The notes under the pieces: generated by a model
What the model was told of the DNA's origin: nothing
The model's input: the letters and a program-made list of their open reading frames with translations, nothing else
Database searches by the model: none
Program-made: the position numbers and the translations under genes
Assembly: GCA_963674595.2 (NCBI GenBank)
Contig: CAXXFV010000023.1
Span: 832,001 to 896,000, forward strand
From: a bacterium
GTDB lineage: Bacteria > Zhuqueibacterota > Zhuqueibacteria > Residuimicrobiales > Krinioviventaceae
Reading direction: 5' to 3'
DNA length: 64,000 nucleotides
Shown: positions 20,424-29,734 of the stretch, piece by piece
How positions within the stretch are numbered: the first letter of the stretch is position 1
How the letters are laid out: the number at the start of each line of letters is the position of its first letter

Positions 20424-21398
20424 ATGGTCAGTGAATGGGAAGTAAAAAAAGAAATCTGTGAATTAGGCCGCAGGATGTATATCAACGGCTACGTCGCGGC
20501 CAATGACGGAAACATCAGCTTCCGCATGGGCGACGGAAGGTATCTCTGCACCCCTACCGGTGTATCCAAGGGTTTCCTGAAACCAGGAGACATCGCGGTT
20601 GTGGATGACAAGGGAAAACAGCTGGACGGGCCCCTGCCCCGCACCTCAGAAGTCCTGCTGCACCTGGAGATCTTCCATGAGCTTCCCTGGGTAAACGCGG
20701 TATGCCATGCCCATCCGCCCCATGCCACGGCTTTCGCGGTTTCGGGCATCCCGATTCCAACCGGTATCCTGCCGGAGGTGGAGATCTTCATCGGCCAGGT
20801 CCCCCTGGCGGATTACGAGACCCCCGGCAGCAAGAATTTCGCCGAAACCGTGCTGCCCCATCTCAAGAACAAGGCCAACACCATCCTACTGGCCAACCAT
20901 GGGGCGGTAGCCTGTGACAAAAGTTTATTACAGGCCTATTTCCACCTGGAAACACTCGACATGTACTGCAAGATCCTGCTGCTTTCCAAGCAGGTCGGAA
21001 ACATCAACCGCCTGCCCGGCCAGAAGGTCAAGGAATTGTTAGACATCAAGAGCAGTTTGGGCCTGGAAGACCCCAGGCTCGAATGCACCACCGAACAGTG
21101 CATTCTGGCAGGCAGCGACGAATTTCTAAAGGGATTCTCCTCTTCTCCCATACCCCAGCACAGCACCAGCCCGGACGGGCATGGCCGGGGACTGGGAATC
21201 GAAGGTGAAACCAGTCAAAAGGGAGAGCCCCAGCCCATGCCCAGTAATTCTGTTGGTATTTCAGTTATGGCAGCGGGAAAGCTTTTAGCCGGAAGTGCCA
21301 AGCCCGGCAGCAGCTCCGCCACGGCCCAGCGCCGCGCCCAGGAAGACGAAATCGAACGCGTCGTCCAGCTGGTCACTGACCAGATTGTGGGAGGGTAA
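20424..21398 (+). CDS. Class II aldolase (fuculose/rhamnulose-1-phosphate aldolase-like), BMC signature enzyme
   Basis: GNIS, TPTG.SK, TSEVLLH, HAHP and ANHG; long linker then C-terminal EIERVVQLVTDQIV encapsulation peptide. Confidence 0.92.
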   Translation: MVSEWEVKKEICELGRRMYINGYVAANDGNISFRMGDGRYLCTPTGVSKGFLKPGDIAVVDDKGKQLDGPLPRTSEVLLHLEIFHELPWVNAVCHAHPPHATAFAVSGIPIPTGILPEVEIFIGQVPLADYETPGSKNFAETVLPHLKNKANTILLANHGAVACDKSLLQAYFHLETLDMYCKILLLSKQVGNINRLPGQKVKELLDIKSSLGLEDPRLECTTEQCILAGSDEFLKGFSSSPIPQHSTSPDGHGRGLGIEGETSQKGEPQPMPSNSVGISVMAAGKLLAGSAKPGSSSATAQRRAQEDEIERVVQLVTDQIVGG

Positions 21399-21529
21399 TT
21401 GCGGGATGGAAGCCCGCTAATCGGAGATTCTAAATTTCAGATTCAAGATAAAATTATCCGGCCTTCCGGCTGGTAAATGTCCCTGATGCCTCCGGATTTT
21501 CAGCCATGTGTGATAGGGGTAGGATGTTC

Positions 21530-21772
21530 AGGGCTGGAAGCCCGACAGGTTTCAGCCCAGGGTGAGCGGCAGCGAACCCTGGGTAAAGAAACAGACCCAA
21601 CGAAGAATAGCCCTGGAAGGGCGGCACAAATCTAGAATTAAAATCACAATTGTTGTCATTCGACATCTTCACTCCCCACTTCTTATGTCAGTGTTCTCAG
21701 TTTTAATGTCGGACCTTCAGCCCTCCACATATTTTGTGAAGTTCCGTTTTACCCAGGGTTACGCCCTGGGCT
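21530..21772. repeat. REP/MITE-like inverted-repeat element; its right arm is interrupted by IS110
   Basis: cagcccagggt...aaccctgggt (~21553-21584) mirrored by acccagggttacgccctgggct (21751-21772); agggctggaagcccga mirrored by tcggaccttcagccct. Confidence 0.7.
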
Positions 21773-21859
21773 GATATGTTTTGACCTGTCAAGTTAATAG
21801 ATAATGCTGTTAAAAAATATTTTATTTAAACAATATATCTTGAATCAGGGCGGGACCAG

Positions 21860-22020
21860 GCATTTTGCGATTGTGACTCATGCTGATATACGTGGATTGG
21901 TTACCGACCTGACTTAAATGCGTCGCGGAGCTTGCCTATATCTATTAACAGGGATCATCAACAAGAAACGTCCAGTTGATGCCGATTTAGCCCAGGACTA
22001 GGGTTCTCCTCGCTGGCCTG
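21860..22020 (-). ncRNA. Putative bridge RNA / seekRNA of the IS110 element (boundaries approximate)
   Basis: Non-coding region downstream of the transposase containing segments matching the reconstructed target (21988-21996, 21942-21947) and donor (21883-21889). Confidence 0.65.
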
Positions 22021-22106
22021 ATCCCAGCCTGATTCAAGATGTCTTCCTCCTCTTTACTTGTATTGTTTGTTGTAGTTTATTTGTTCAACATTGTGGTGAA
22101 ACTGTT

Positions 22107-23297
22107 TTAATGGGACTGTTGCAGTTTAGGCATTTCATGACGGGTAATATCCCAGATAAAGCCCAGCAACTCACGGGCAATGGCTACAACCGTTATTTTA
22201 GAATCCTTTCCGGCCATAATCAGATACCGGAATCGTCCGCACAATCTCTTTTGAGCCTTCCACGAAATACTTCTGGCCTCATCAGAAGCTTGAGCCGCTT
22301 TGCTTTTAATATGTTTTGTCTGGCGCGCTGCAAAACGATAAGTCCAGGAAGATTGGGTAAGCACTCTGCGCACATGAGAGTTCCCTGTTCTGGTGATTTT
22401 TCCCATGTGTGTTTTGTCTCCCGTAGAATGGACCATGGGCACCAATCCAACGAAGGACATCAGCTGTGAGGGAGAATCAAAGCGGGTGATGTCGCCCAGT
22501 TCTGCCAGTATGACAATAGCCGTCAGCTTGTGGACACCCCTAAGAGCCATAAGGGAATACACCACCGGCGCTAATGACCATTGCGGAAGCAGCATTTCTA
22601 TTTGTGCCATGATGTCGGCAACCCTTTTGGTGGCTGCTTTTACTGCGTCAATGTATTCCTGCAGGGCTACTTGCTGCCAGTGATGAGGAAATTTCAGGGA
22701 TTCCATCCAGTTCAAGTGAGTCTTGTTCCATCGTTGTTTGCCGGAGGGATAGTAATGGCCATGTCGGAGCACGAAACTGTTGAGCTGATGGCGGGCTTTG
22801 CTCTCTTGAGCCTTGAAGTCTTCTCGGGCCCGTACCAGATCCCGCATAGCTTCCTGTTCCTCATCAGGCACCCATACAGCTTTAAGATCACCGCTGCGTA
22901 AATAATGAGCCAGTTTACATGCGTCTCGTCGGTCTGTTTTAATGCGATCTCCCGGCCTGTTGGGAATCATGGAAGGCGCGATTACCTGACAGTCATGCCC
23001 TGAGTCCAGTATCTGACGATGAAGAGCGTAACCGCAGGGACCGGCCTCATAACAGAATAACAATACCTCGCCTGCGAATTCAGTGGTGAGCTGCTTGATC
23101 AGTTTTTCCACACTCTTAGGTTTGTTGGCAATTTCTCTCCTGAACTCTGGTTCCTCTCTTCCAGATCTGGCTACTGCAACTGCGATGGTTTGACTGTGTA
23201 CATCAAGACCAATATAAGCCGGATAGCTCACTGATTCTTCTGCCTTTGTTGTTGACCTTGTTTTGCTTTTGCTGCTTTCTGAGTTACAATTTTTCAT
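22107..23297 (-). CDS. IS110 family transposase/recombinase
   Basis: YIGLDVH (D), CYEAGPCG (E), KTDRRDA (DD); C-terminal ELGDITRF..GLVP..STG..ITRTGN..VAIAREL. Confidence 0.96.
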   Translation of the reverse strand: MKNCNSESSKSKTRSTTKAEESVSYPAYIGLDVHSQTIAVAVARSGREEPEFRREIANKPKSVEKLIKQLTTEFAGEVLLFCYEAGPCGYALHRQILDSGHDCQVIAPSMIPNRPGDRIKTDRRDACKLAHYLRSGDLKAVWVPDEEQEAMRDLVRAREDFKAQESKARHQLNSFVLRHGHYYPSGKQRWNKTHLNWMESLKFPHHWQQVALQEYIDAVKAATKRVADIMAQIEMLLPQWSLAPVVYSLMALRGVHKLTAIVILAELGDITRFDSPSQLMSFVGLVPMVHSTGDKTHMGKITRTGNSHVRRVLTQSSWTYRFAARQTKHIKSKAAQASDEARSISWKAQKRLCGRFRYLIMAGKDSKITVVAIARELLGFIWDITRHEMPKLQQSH

Positions 23298-23635
23298 GAC
23301 CTGTCCTTTCTATTATTTGTGGCGCTGTGCCAGTTAGTTATCTTTAACCAGCATAATCCACGTAGATTAAATAGGACAGGTCAAATCATTATGTCTATTA
23401 TCCCGAGCCCAAAGGCTCGGGATTTTCCGGACCTCCGGCCCGGACTTGTGGATACCGTCTGGCGGCGGTGCTTATGCAATTGCCGGTCAGGAGACCGGCG
23501 TGGGAATAGTTACAGGTCCCAGGGGACAGGTTACAAACTCCCGCTACCCGCAACATGCTGCCTGTAACAGCCGGTCATCAGACCGGCGCAAAGAGACCGG
23601 CGTTCCACACAGGGATGTTTCTGCCCGGTAGGCCT

Positions 23636-24529
23636 TCACAACCGTTTGCTGCTGCCGAACCTGTCCATCACCTCCTGATAATTGATAACAAACTCCGAAA
23701 TATCACGTGAATGGACTTTTTTATAGTAAGCTCCTGTCTCCAGCGCGGCCTCTATTTCCTGTTTCGAAATTTCTATGCCAAGAATTTCAAAAAAGCGATT
23801 GAAATACTGGTACTTGTCCTCAAGAAAGTCTTCATAGAACAAGGGAAAGGCATCGATTCCTTTAGATCTGAACTCTTCCATCAGGCGGTTCTTTCTCGCC
23901 AACATCATCTCCGATTGCGCAAAAATTTTCTCCAGCCGATCACAATCAACATGGATTTTCCCTATATCTTCCCTGCTGATCTTTCCGCTGGCAAGATCAA
24001 ACTGCATATGCCCGGGACGGCAACTCCCGTCACCGTGATACTTGGAGAGGCTCCACCTCAACAGGTCCTGGCGAAAGGCAACAAACACAACAGGATTATT
24101 CTTTTGTAAAACTTCCAGCATCATCCTCCTGAAAGAACGGTTCCTGGATTTCCTGAAAGCCTTTGATGCCCAATTATTCCAGGAGTCGAAACCAAGCGTT
24201 TCCGCAATGCGATTACCGGGAGGCTTGAACCTCATCTTGAAGCCGACGGAGCAGTTCCTATTGGTCTCCTCCAAAGGTTTCAAAGACGTTTTCGTATAGA
24301 TTCGATTCAGCCTGGCAAAATCTATTTCTTGTCCGCTTAACACGATATCGAGGCATTTTTTAAGATTGCGAATAGATATGGGGCCGCATTCATGCCGGTC
24401 GAAAGGCTCCAGGGCGCCCCCTCCCTCATGATGGAGTACCGAAACCCGGTCAAAATTATCCAGCAGCTTCATAAGAGGGCTGGTTCCCTCCTTGCCGATA
24501 AAAAATATAATAAAATTCCTCATATCCAC
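23636..24529 (-). CDS. Sulfotransferase-like (Stf0-like) P-loop protein
   Basis: FIIFFIGKEGTSPLMKLL..EPF, VGFKM, R.DLLRWSLS and YEDF..FFEILG resemble a sulfotransferase fold; PAPS motif is divergent. Confidence 0.55.
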   Translation of the reverse strand: MDMRNFIIFFIGKEGTSPLMKLLDNFDRVSVLHHEGGGALEPFDRHECGPISIRNLKKCLDIVLSGQEIDFARLNRIYTKTSLKPLEETNRNCSVGFKMRFKPPGNRIAETLGFDSWNNWASKAFRKSRNRSFRRMMLEVLQKNNPVVFVAFRQDLLRWSLSKYHGDGSCRPGHMQFDLASGKISREDIGKIHVDCDRLEKIFAQSEMMLARKNRLMEEFRSKGIDAFPLFYEDFLEDKYQYFNRFFEILGIEISKQEIEAALETGAYYKKVHSRDISEFVINYQEVMDRFGSSKRL

Positions 24530-24587
24530 TCATCCAGGCTTGGCCGATAACAAATCCTTTGCTTTAAATAGAGCTCGGGAGGCTGCA

Positions 24588-24607
24588 GATTCATGAATCG
24601 CCCCTAC
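24588..24607. repeat. REP-like palindrome (partial)
   Basis: gattcatgaatcgcccctac; same family as 31184-31213. Confidence 0.6.
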
Positions 24608-24675
24608 AATAGACGAAAAATCCCACCCGTTTTCCCCTTCAATCTTAAATATTGAGTTAGCGCGCCTCAGGCCGG

Positions 24676-26091
24676 CTACATGTTTCGGTAAAAGAACCGG
24701 CACATCTTCCGGAGGAAGGGGCTTTTCATTTTTTCCATCATCCAGGTTTCGGCCACCCGCTTGCTGAGAAATCCCATGGTAGGGAATGAATGGGCCAGGA
24801 AAAGAATGCTGAGCAGGCTTATTTTCTTCTGGATAACCAGGGCCCACTCGTTAATCATTTCACCGGAGCCTTCTCCTACGATGCCAACACCGAAAACCCT
24901 GCCAAAATAATTGGCATGAACCTTCACCCAGCCGATGCCGACGTTTTCAGCAATCGCGGCGCCGTAGTCTTCATACTTCACGGTAATGGTCTGGTACTTG
25001 ATACCCTTTTTCTTGAGCTCCCCTTCCCTCATTCCCACATAGGAAACCTGGGGTTCTGTGAACACAGTCCACGGAATCACGTAATTTTTATACCGAAACA
25101 TCGCGAAGGGGCTCACCGCATTCATCAAGGCGAACATGCCCTGGTGCATGGCAGCATGAGATAGCAGGATCCCGTTGTTACAATCTCCAACCGCGTATAT
25201 ATGTTTAACAGATGTCCTGTATATGCCGTCCACCAGGATACCCTTGTTATCGTATTTAACGCCGGCGTTGTCGAGTGCCAATTCACTGAGATCTACTCTT
25301 CTCCCTGCTGAAATGAGCAGCTTTTCTCCTTTAAGACGAATTCCATCATCAGTATACAGGCAGATTTCATCTCCCTCTTTAGTAACGCTTACCAGTCTTT
25401 TAGAATTGTGGACCTCTATGCCTTCCTTCCGGAAAACATCTTCCAGCAAATCTCCTGCTTCCCGGTTGCCATTGGGAAGGAGATAATTGTCCATATGGAC
25501 TATGGTGCATTTGCAGCCCAGCCGGGTGAAGGCCTGGGCCATTTCACACCCGATGGCTCCGCCGCCGATTATAATCATGCTCCGGGGAATTTCATCCTGG
25601 CTGAAAACATTCTTGTTCGTCAGGAAATCAATATCTGAAATGCCGTCAATACGGGGCACCTGTGGCTCAGTCCCGGAAGCGATAAAAATCCTCTGGGCCG
25701 TAATAGTCTTCCCATTCACAGTTACCGTGTGGGGATCAATAAAACTTGCCGGGCCTTTACCGAGAATCAGATGCACTTTTTCAAACATCTTCAACGTTTT
25801 TTTGCTTGAAATATACTCCAGGTATTCGGATATTCTCGGAAAGGGAACCCTGATTTCCGGTTTTGCAGCCTCATCCAGCAGGCCCATTTCTTTCAGCTTC
25901 AGCTGCGCGGTGCAGAATTCGGAAATCTTCAGCAGGGATTTACTGGGGATGCACCCGATATTCATGCATTCTCCGCCGATTTTATTTTTTTCAATCGTAC
26001 AGACCTTTAGTCCCATCTCCGCTCCCATCGCGGAAACAGCCATGCCTGCTGGGCCTAACCCTATACAAATCAAATCAAATTCATATTTCAT
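24676..26091 (-). CDS. Pyridine nucleotide-disulfide oxidoreductase (Lpd/MerA-like family)
   Basis: GLGPAG, GGECMNIGCIPSK redox pair, GGGAIG and GD motifs. Confidence 0.9.
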   Translation of the reverse strand: MKYEFDLICIGLGPAGMAVSAMGAEMGLKVCTIEKNKIGGECMNIGCIPSKSLLKISEFCTAQLKLKEMGLLDEAAKPEIRVPFPRISEYLEYISSKKTLKMFEKVHLILGKGPASFIDPHTVTVNGKTITAQRIFIASGTEPQVPRIDGISDIDFLTNKNVFSQDEIPRSMIIIGGGAIGCEMAQAFTRLGCKCTIVHMDNYLLPNGNREAGDLLEDVFRKEGIEVHNSKRLVSVTKEGDEICLYTDDGIRLKGEKLLISAGRRVDLSELALDNAGVKYDNKGILVDGIYRTSVKHIYAVGDCNNGILLSHAAMHQGMFALMNAVSPFAMFRYKNYVIPWTVFTEPQVSYVGMREGELKKKGIKYQTITVKYEDYGAAIAENVGIGWVKVHANYFGRVFGVGIVGEGSGEMINEWALVIQKKISLLSILFLAHSFPTMGFLSKRVAETWMMEKMKSPFLRKMCRFFYRNM

Positions 26092-26245
26092 ATTTTTTTC
26101 CCGGCCTGATTCACACAGCAAACATTAATACTTGTAACACAGATAAGATTACTACAAAAGCTGTACCAAAGTGATTGAAGATTCTAGGAAGGGGTATCGG
26201 GGATAAAGCAATTTAGGGCAGTTCAGCCTGGGGAGGAAAACTCAC

Positions 26246-26272
26246 GGAGGCGGATCGGGATGATCCGCCCCC
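26246..26272 (-). terminator. Probable terminator hairpin after helicase
   Basis: ggcggatc-gggat-gatccgcc with a minus-strand T-run (aaaa on plus) nearby. Confidence 0.55.
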
Positions 26273-26301
26273 TGGAAACTTAATCTCTGGACGAAGGTCG
26301 T

Positions 26302-27642
26302 CTAGCGACGGCCGCTGGAACGTCTTTTGCCGCGAGGGGAAAAACTTCCCTCCGAGCGTCCGCCGAACCTTCCACCGCCTCCGGCACCGCGGCCGAAATT
26401 TTTCGGGGCAGCCTTGAGGGACCGGAATGCGTCTTCGGAATGATATTTATGATCCATCTCAGCTGGAACAGATTCGCCCAACAAGCGTTCTATGTCCCGC
26501 AGATAGGACCGGTCCTCAGCGCAGCAGAACGAAATAGCGTCTCCGTTAGCCCCTGCCCGGGCGGTGCGCCCGATACGGTGTACGTAGGTTTCTGCCTCTA
26601 CCGGAAGATCATAGTTGATTACATGGGTGATGTCGTCCACATCCAGTCCGCGCGCCGCTACATCGGTAGCAACCAGAAATTTAAAACTGCCCTTCCTGAA
26701 ACCATCCAGAGCCTTGGTTCTCATAGCCTGGCTCTTGTTCCCGTGGATAGCAGTGCCGTTAATGCCCGCTTCGTTCAACTTTTGCACTACCTTATTGGCG
26801 GAATGCTTCATCTGGGTAAAAATAATGGCTTTACTGACATGAGGATCACTTAGCATGGAGATCAGCAAGGCATCCTTATTCTTTTTCTCTACAAACAGCA
26901 CCTTCTGGGCGATAGTATCCAAGGTGGGACGGTCATGGGTGATAGTTATCCGCACCGGATTGCGAACCATGGTGTGCGCCAGAGCAACCATTTTCGGGGC
27001 CATGGTGGCCGAAAAAAACAGGGTCTGACGGTCTTGCGGAACCTGGGTCAAAACTTTCTTGATGTCGGGTATGAAACCCATGTCAAGCATCCGGTCACCC
27101 TCGTCAAGGATGAATACCTCCACCTCATTCAGGTGTATGTATTTCTGCTCCATCAGGTCTAGCAGCCGGCCGGGAGTAGCTATGAGAATATCAACCCCGC
27201 GTCTCAGGGCATTTACCTGGCGGGCCTGATTTACTCCGCCGAAAATAACAGTATGGCTGAGGCTCAGGTAGCGCCCATAAGTCTTAATGCTCTCGCCGAT
27301 CTGCGCCGCGAGTTCGCGGGTAGGGGCAAGAATCAGGGCCCTGGGAGTTCCAGGCCGGGGCCGGGGATAATTTCCGGACAGCCTCTGTAAAAGAGGCAGG
27401 GCAAACGCTGCGGTCTTGCCGGTTCCGGTCTGGGCGCATCCCAGAAGGTCACGTCCCTCCAGCAGGTGCGGAATGCACTTCTCCTGGATGGGCGTGGGTG
27501 TATCGTAACCCTCAGCAGCCACAGCTTTCTGAAGCTCCGGGATCAGGGTGCTGAAAGCACCTTGCGGAATCTGGGTATGCAACTGCAGGGTAGAATGGTC
27601 TGTACGCGTGCTCGGCACACGTGATTGTGCTAATTCTTTCAT
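26302..27642 (-). CDS. DEAD-box RNA helicase (RhlE-like)
   Basis: PTPIQ, AQTGTGKT, PTRELA, TPGRL, DEGD, SAT, ARGLD and HRIGRTAR. Confidence 0.95.
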   Translation of the reverse strand: MKELAQSRVPSTRTDHSTLQLHTQIPQGAFSTLIPELQKAVAAEGYDTPTPIQEKCIPHLLEGRDLLGCAQTGTGKTAAFALPLLQRLSGNYPRPRPGTPRALILAPTRELAAQIGESIKTYGRYLSLSHTVIFGGVNQARQVNALRRGVDILIATPGRLLDLMEQKYIHLNEVEVFILDEGDRMLDMGFIPDIKKVLTQVPQDRQTLFFSATMAPKMVALAHTMVRNPVRITITHDRPTLDTIAQKVLFVEKKNKDALLISMLSDPHVSKAIIFTQMKHSANKVVQKLNEAGINGTAIHGNKSQAMRTKALDGFRKGSFKFLVATDVAARGLDVDDITHVINYDLPVEAETYVHRIGRTARAGANGDAISFCCAEDRSYLRDIERLLGESVPAEMDHKYHSEDAFRSLKAAPKNFGRGAGGGGRFGGRSEGSFSPRGKRRSSGRR

Positions 27643-27929
27643 TTTTTTCCAAGTCCGGGGTTCTACAAATCTCTACCCGCCGGACACGTGGAAAAGAAAA
27701 GACCGCAACAATCGCGGCAATTTGATTATCCCTGCTCTAATGGCCGGGATTTATGGTTTGATATTGATAAGAAATCACTCCTTAAAGGTCTGGACACATG
27801 TCACTAAAACCTTCATAAGAGAGATTCTATAGGCCGCATTATACAGATACAGGCCAGGGAATACAAACCAGGTACAACCTGAAGGTGCCGCCAGCAGTAG
27901 ATTCTGGCCTTAACGCGACCTGAAGCCTG

Positions 27930-29366
27930 CTAGTCTTCCAGGTGTCCTCGGAATCCCAGGGAAGCATCCAGAACCCTGCCTTCACAGGGGAGAGTATGCG
28001 ATTCCTTCGCGTACCCTGCCATTTTGCGAAGGATATCAGGGTGATGGTCAGCTACATTGTTCAACTCCTGGATGTCCTTGCTTAAATCAAACAGCTCAAA
28101 AATTTTTAGATTCTTCGGCCTGACAGCTTTCCAGTTACCCATGCGCACAGCGCAGCTTTCAGCATCCTCCCAGTACAAAAACTCATGCTGCTTTTGACTG
28201 CGACCGACTGTTTCCTCCCCTAGAATGGTTGGAACTGCTGAAATCCCATCGGTATTGCAGGGTGGATCATATCCCGCCAGTTCCACCAGGGTAGGCATTA
28301 CATCCGGGAAATAGCCCAGGTGATCCGAGACAATACCGGGCCTTATCCTTCCCGGCCACCGGACAAGGAAAGGAATTCTCAAGCCTCCTTCATAGAAACT
28401 GCCCTTTCCGCCCCTGAAACGCACTCCAGTCCTGGGATCACGGTTAGGAGCCAGGAAACCATCCGGATATTTTTCATTCAGGAAATAGGGCTGCCCCCCG
28501 TTATCACCGCAAACAAAAACGATCGTTTTCCTGTCGATATTCAGCTCACGCAAAAGAGTGAATACTTCTCCAATATGGCGATCAGCCATTTCCACCATTG
28601 CCGCGTAAAACTGGGCATCACGTTCGTCGCCCTGGTTTCCCGCAGCCCATTTCCTGTCCTTGTATTTCAGCCATGCTGGATCATTTTCCGGCATGCCCCA
28701 GAGGCCGTGAGGGAGAGTCCAGGGGAAATAAGCAAAAAAAGGACGGTCCTTATTCTCACGAATAAATTTCAGTCCTTCTTCATGGATAAGATAATGAGAA
28801 AAAACCTTTCCTTTACGCATATCTCCAACATTGCCTTCCAGCATCACCTTTTCACTGTTGCGGAGCAGGTACCTGGGATAATATGAATGAGCATGGACCT
28901 GGTGGTAGTAGCCAAAAAAAGTATCAAATCCATGTTTTTCGGGCACTCCTGTCGTACCGGCGTCACCTAAACCCCATTTTCCAAAACCTCCAGTGGCATA
29001 TCCTGAGGCCTTGAGAATATCAGCAATCGTTAAGTCATCGGTGCAAAGGGAAGCACCTCCGCCATTGGCACGAACGGTTGTATGACCGGTATGCAGGCCT
29101 GTCATGAGAGCGCTGCGGGTCGGAGCACAGACACTGCTTCCGGCAAGAAACTGGGTGAACCGGATTCCTTCGGATGCCATCCTGTCGATATTGGGGGTCT
29201 GCAGAATACGATGCCCCATGGCAGACCATTCAAAATATCCCCACTCATCCAGCATTATAAAAATGATATTCGGAGTCTCCGCGATATCCGAGGCATCCGC
29301 TTTTCCGGGCAATGCCGCAGCAGCAACAGCGGCACCGGTCGTTTTCAAAAACTTTCGTCTGTCCAT
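27930..29366 (-). CDS. Tat-exported arylsulfatase
   Basis: MDRRKFL signal; CAPTRSALMTG formylglycine motif; GKWGLG; DNG. Confidence 0.93.
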   Translation of the reverse strand: MDRRKFLKTTGAAVAAAALPGKADASDIAETPNIIFIMLDEWGYFEWSAMGHRILQTPNIDRMASEGIRFTQFLAGSSVCAPTRSALMTGLHTGHTTVRANGGGASLCTDDLTIADILKASGYATGGFGKWGLGDAGTTGVPEKHGFDTFFGYYHQVHAHSYYPRYLLRNSEKVMLEGNVGDMRKGKVFSHYLIHEEGLKFIRENKDRPFFAYFPWTLPHGLWGMPENDPAWLKYKDRKWAAGNQGDERDAQFYAAMVEMADRHIGEVFTLLRELNIDRKTIVFVCGDNGGQPYFLNEKYPDGFLAPNRDPRTGVRFRGGKGSFYEGGLRIPFLVRWPGRIRPGIVSDHLGYFPDVMPTLVELAGYDPPCNTDGISAVPTILGEETVGRSQKQHEFLYWEDAESCAVRMGNWKAVRPKNLKIFELFDLSKDIQELNNVADHHPDILRKMAGYAKESHTLPCEGRVLDASLGFRGHLED

Positions 29367-29734
29367 CTAAATTTCTTTCTCATACACTGAACGGTCCAGC
29401 TTCTCTTCGGTAATTCTTTGAAAATACGATACGTCCCGTTTGCTTGTTACTTCTGGAATTATCTATCAACAAGATAAACCAGTAAAGGAATCAATCGTTA
29501 AACTCAATTATTTTCAATAATTTGCTGAATTAATCTTGGAGTTTTTCCTATGTCCTGAGCCTCAAGTGTCAACCATGACCTGACTGCACCCTGTTATCCT
29601 GCAACCTTCAAGCCTGCAACCTGATACCATTCAGTTGATTCCGCTCATTCGTTGGTTGATAATGGATTCTATAAAACTACGTTTCTACTGACTGTATATT
29701 TATTACGGTGTCACGATAAACAGGAGGTTACCCA

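Larger units (their letters stand above)
21771..23396 (-). mobile_element. IS110-family insertion sequence (IS1111-type architecture)
   Basis: CT core at 21771-72 and 23395-96; sub-terminal inverted repeats tttgacctgtc (21780-90) and gacaggtcaaa (23375-85); DEDD transposase; long 3' non-coding end. Confidence 0.88.

Noticed and set aside
11052-21398. Pdu, Eut, GRM or carboxysome locus
   Set aside because: No diol dehydratase, ethanolamine ammonia-lyase, glycyl-radical enzyme or RuBisCO
24676-26091. merA or lpdA assignment
   Set aside because: Lacks the C-terminal Cys-Cys of MerA and the HPTxxE motif of Lpd, and has no supporting operon context
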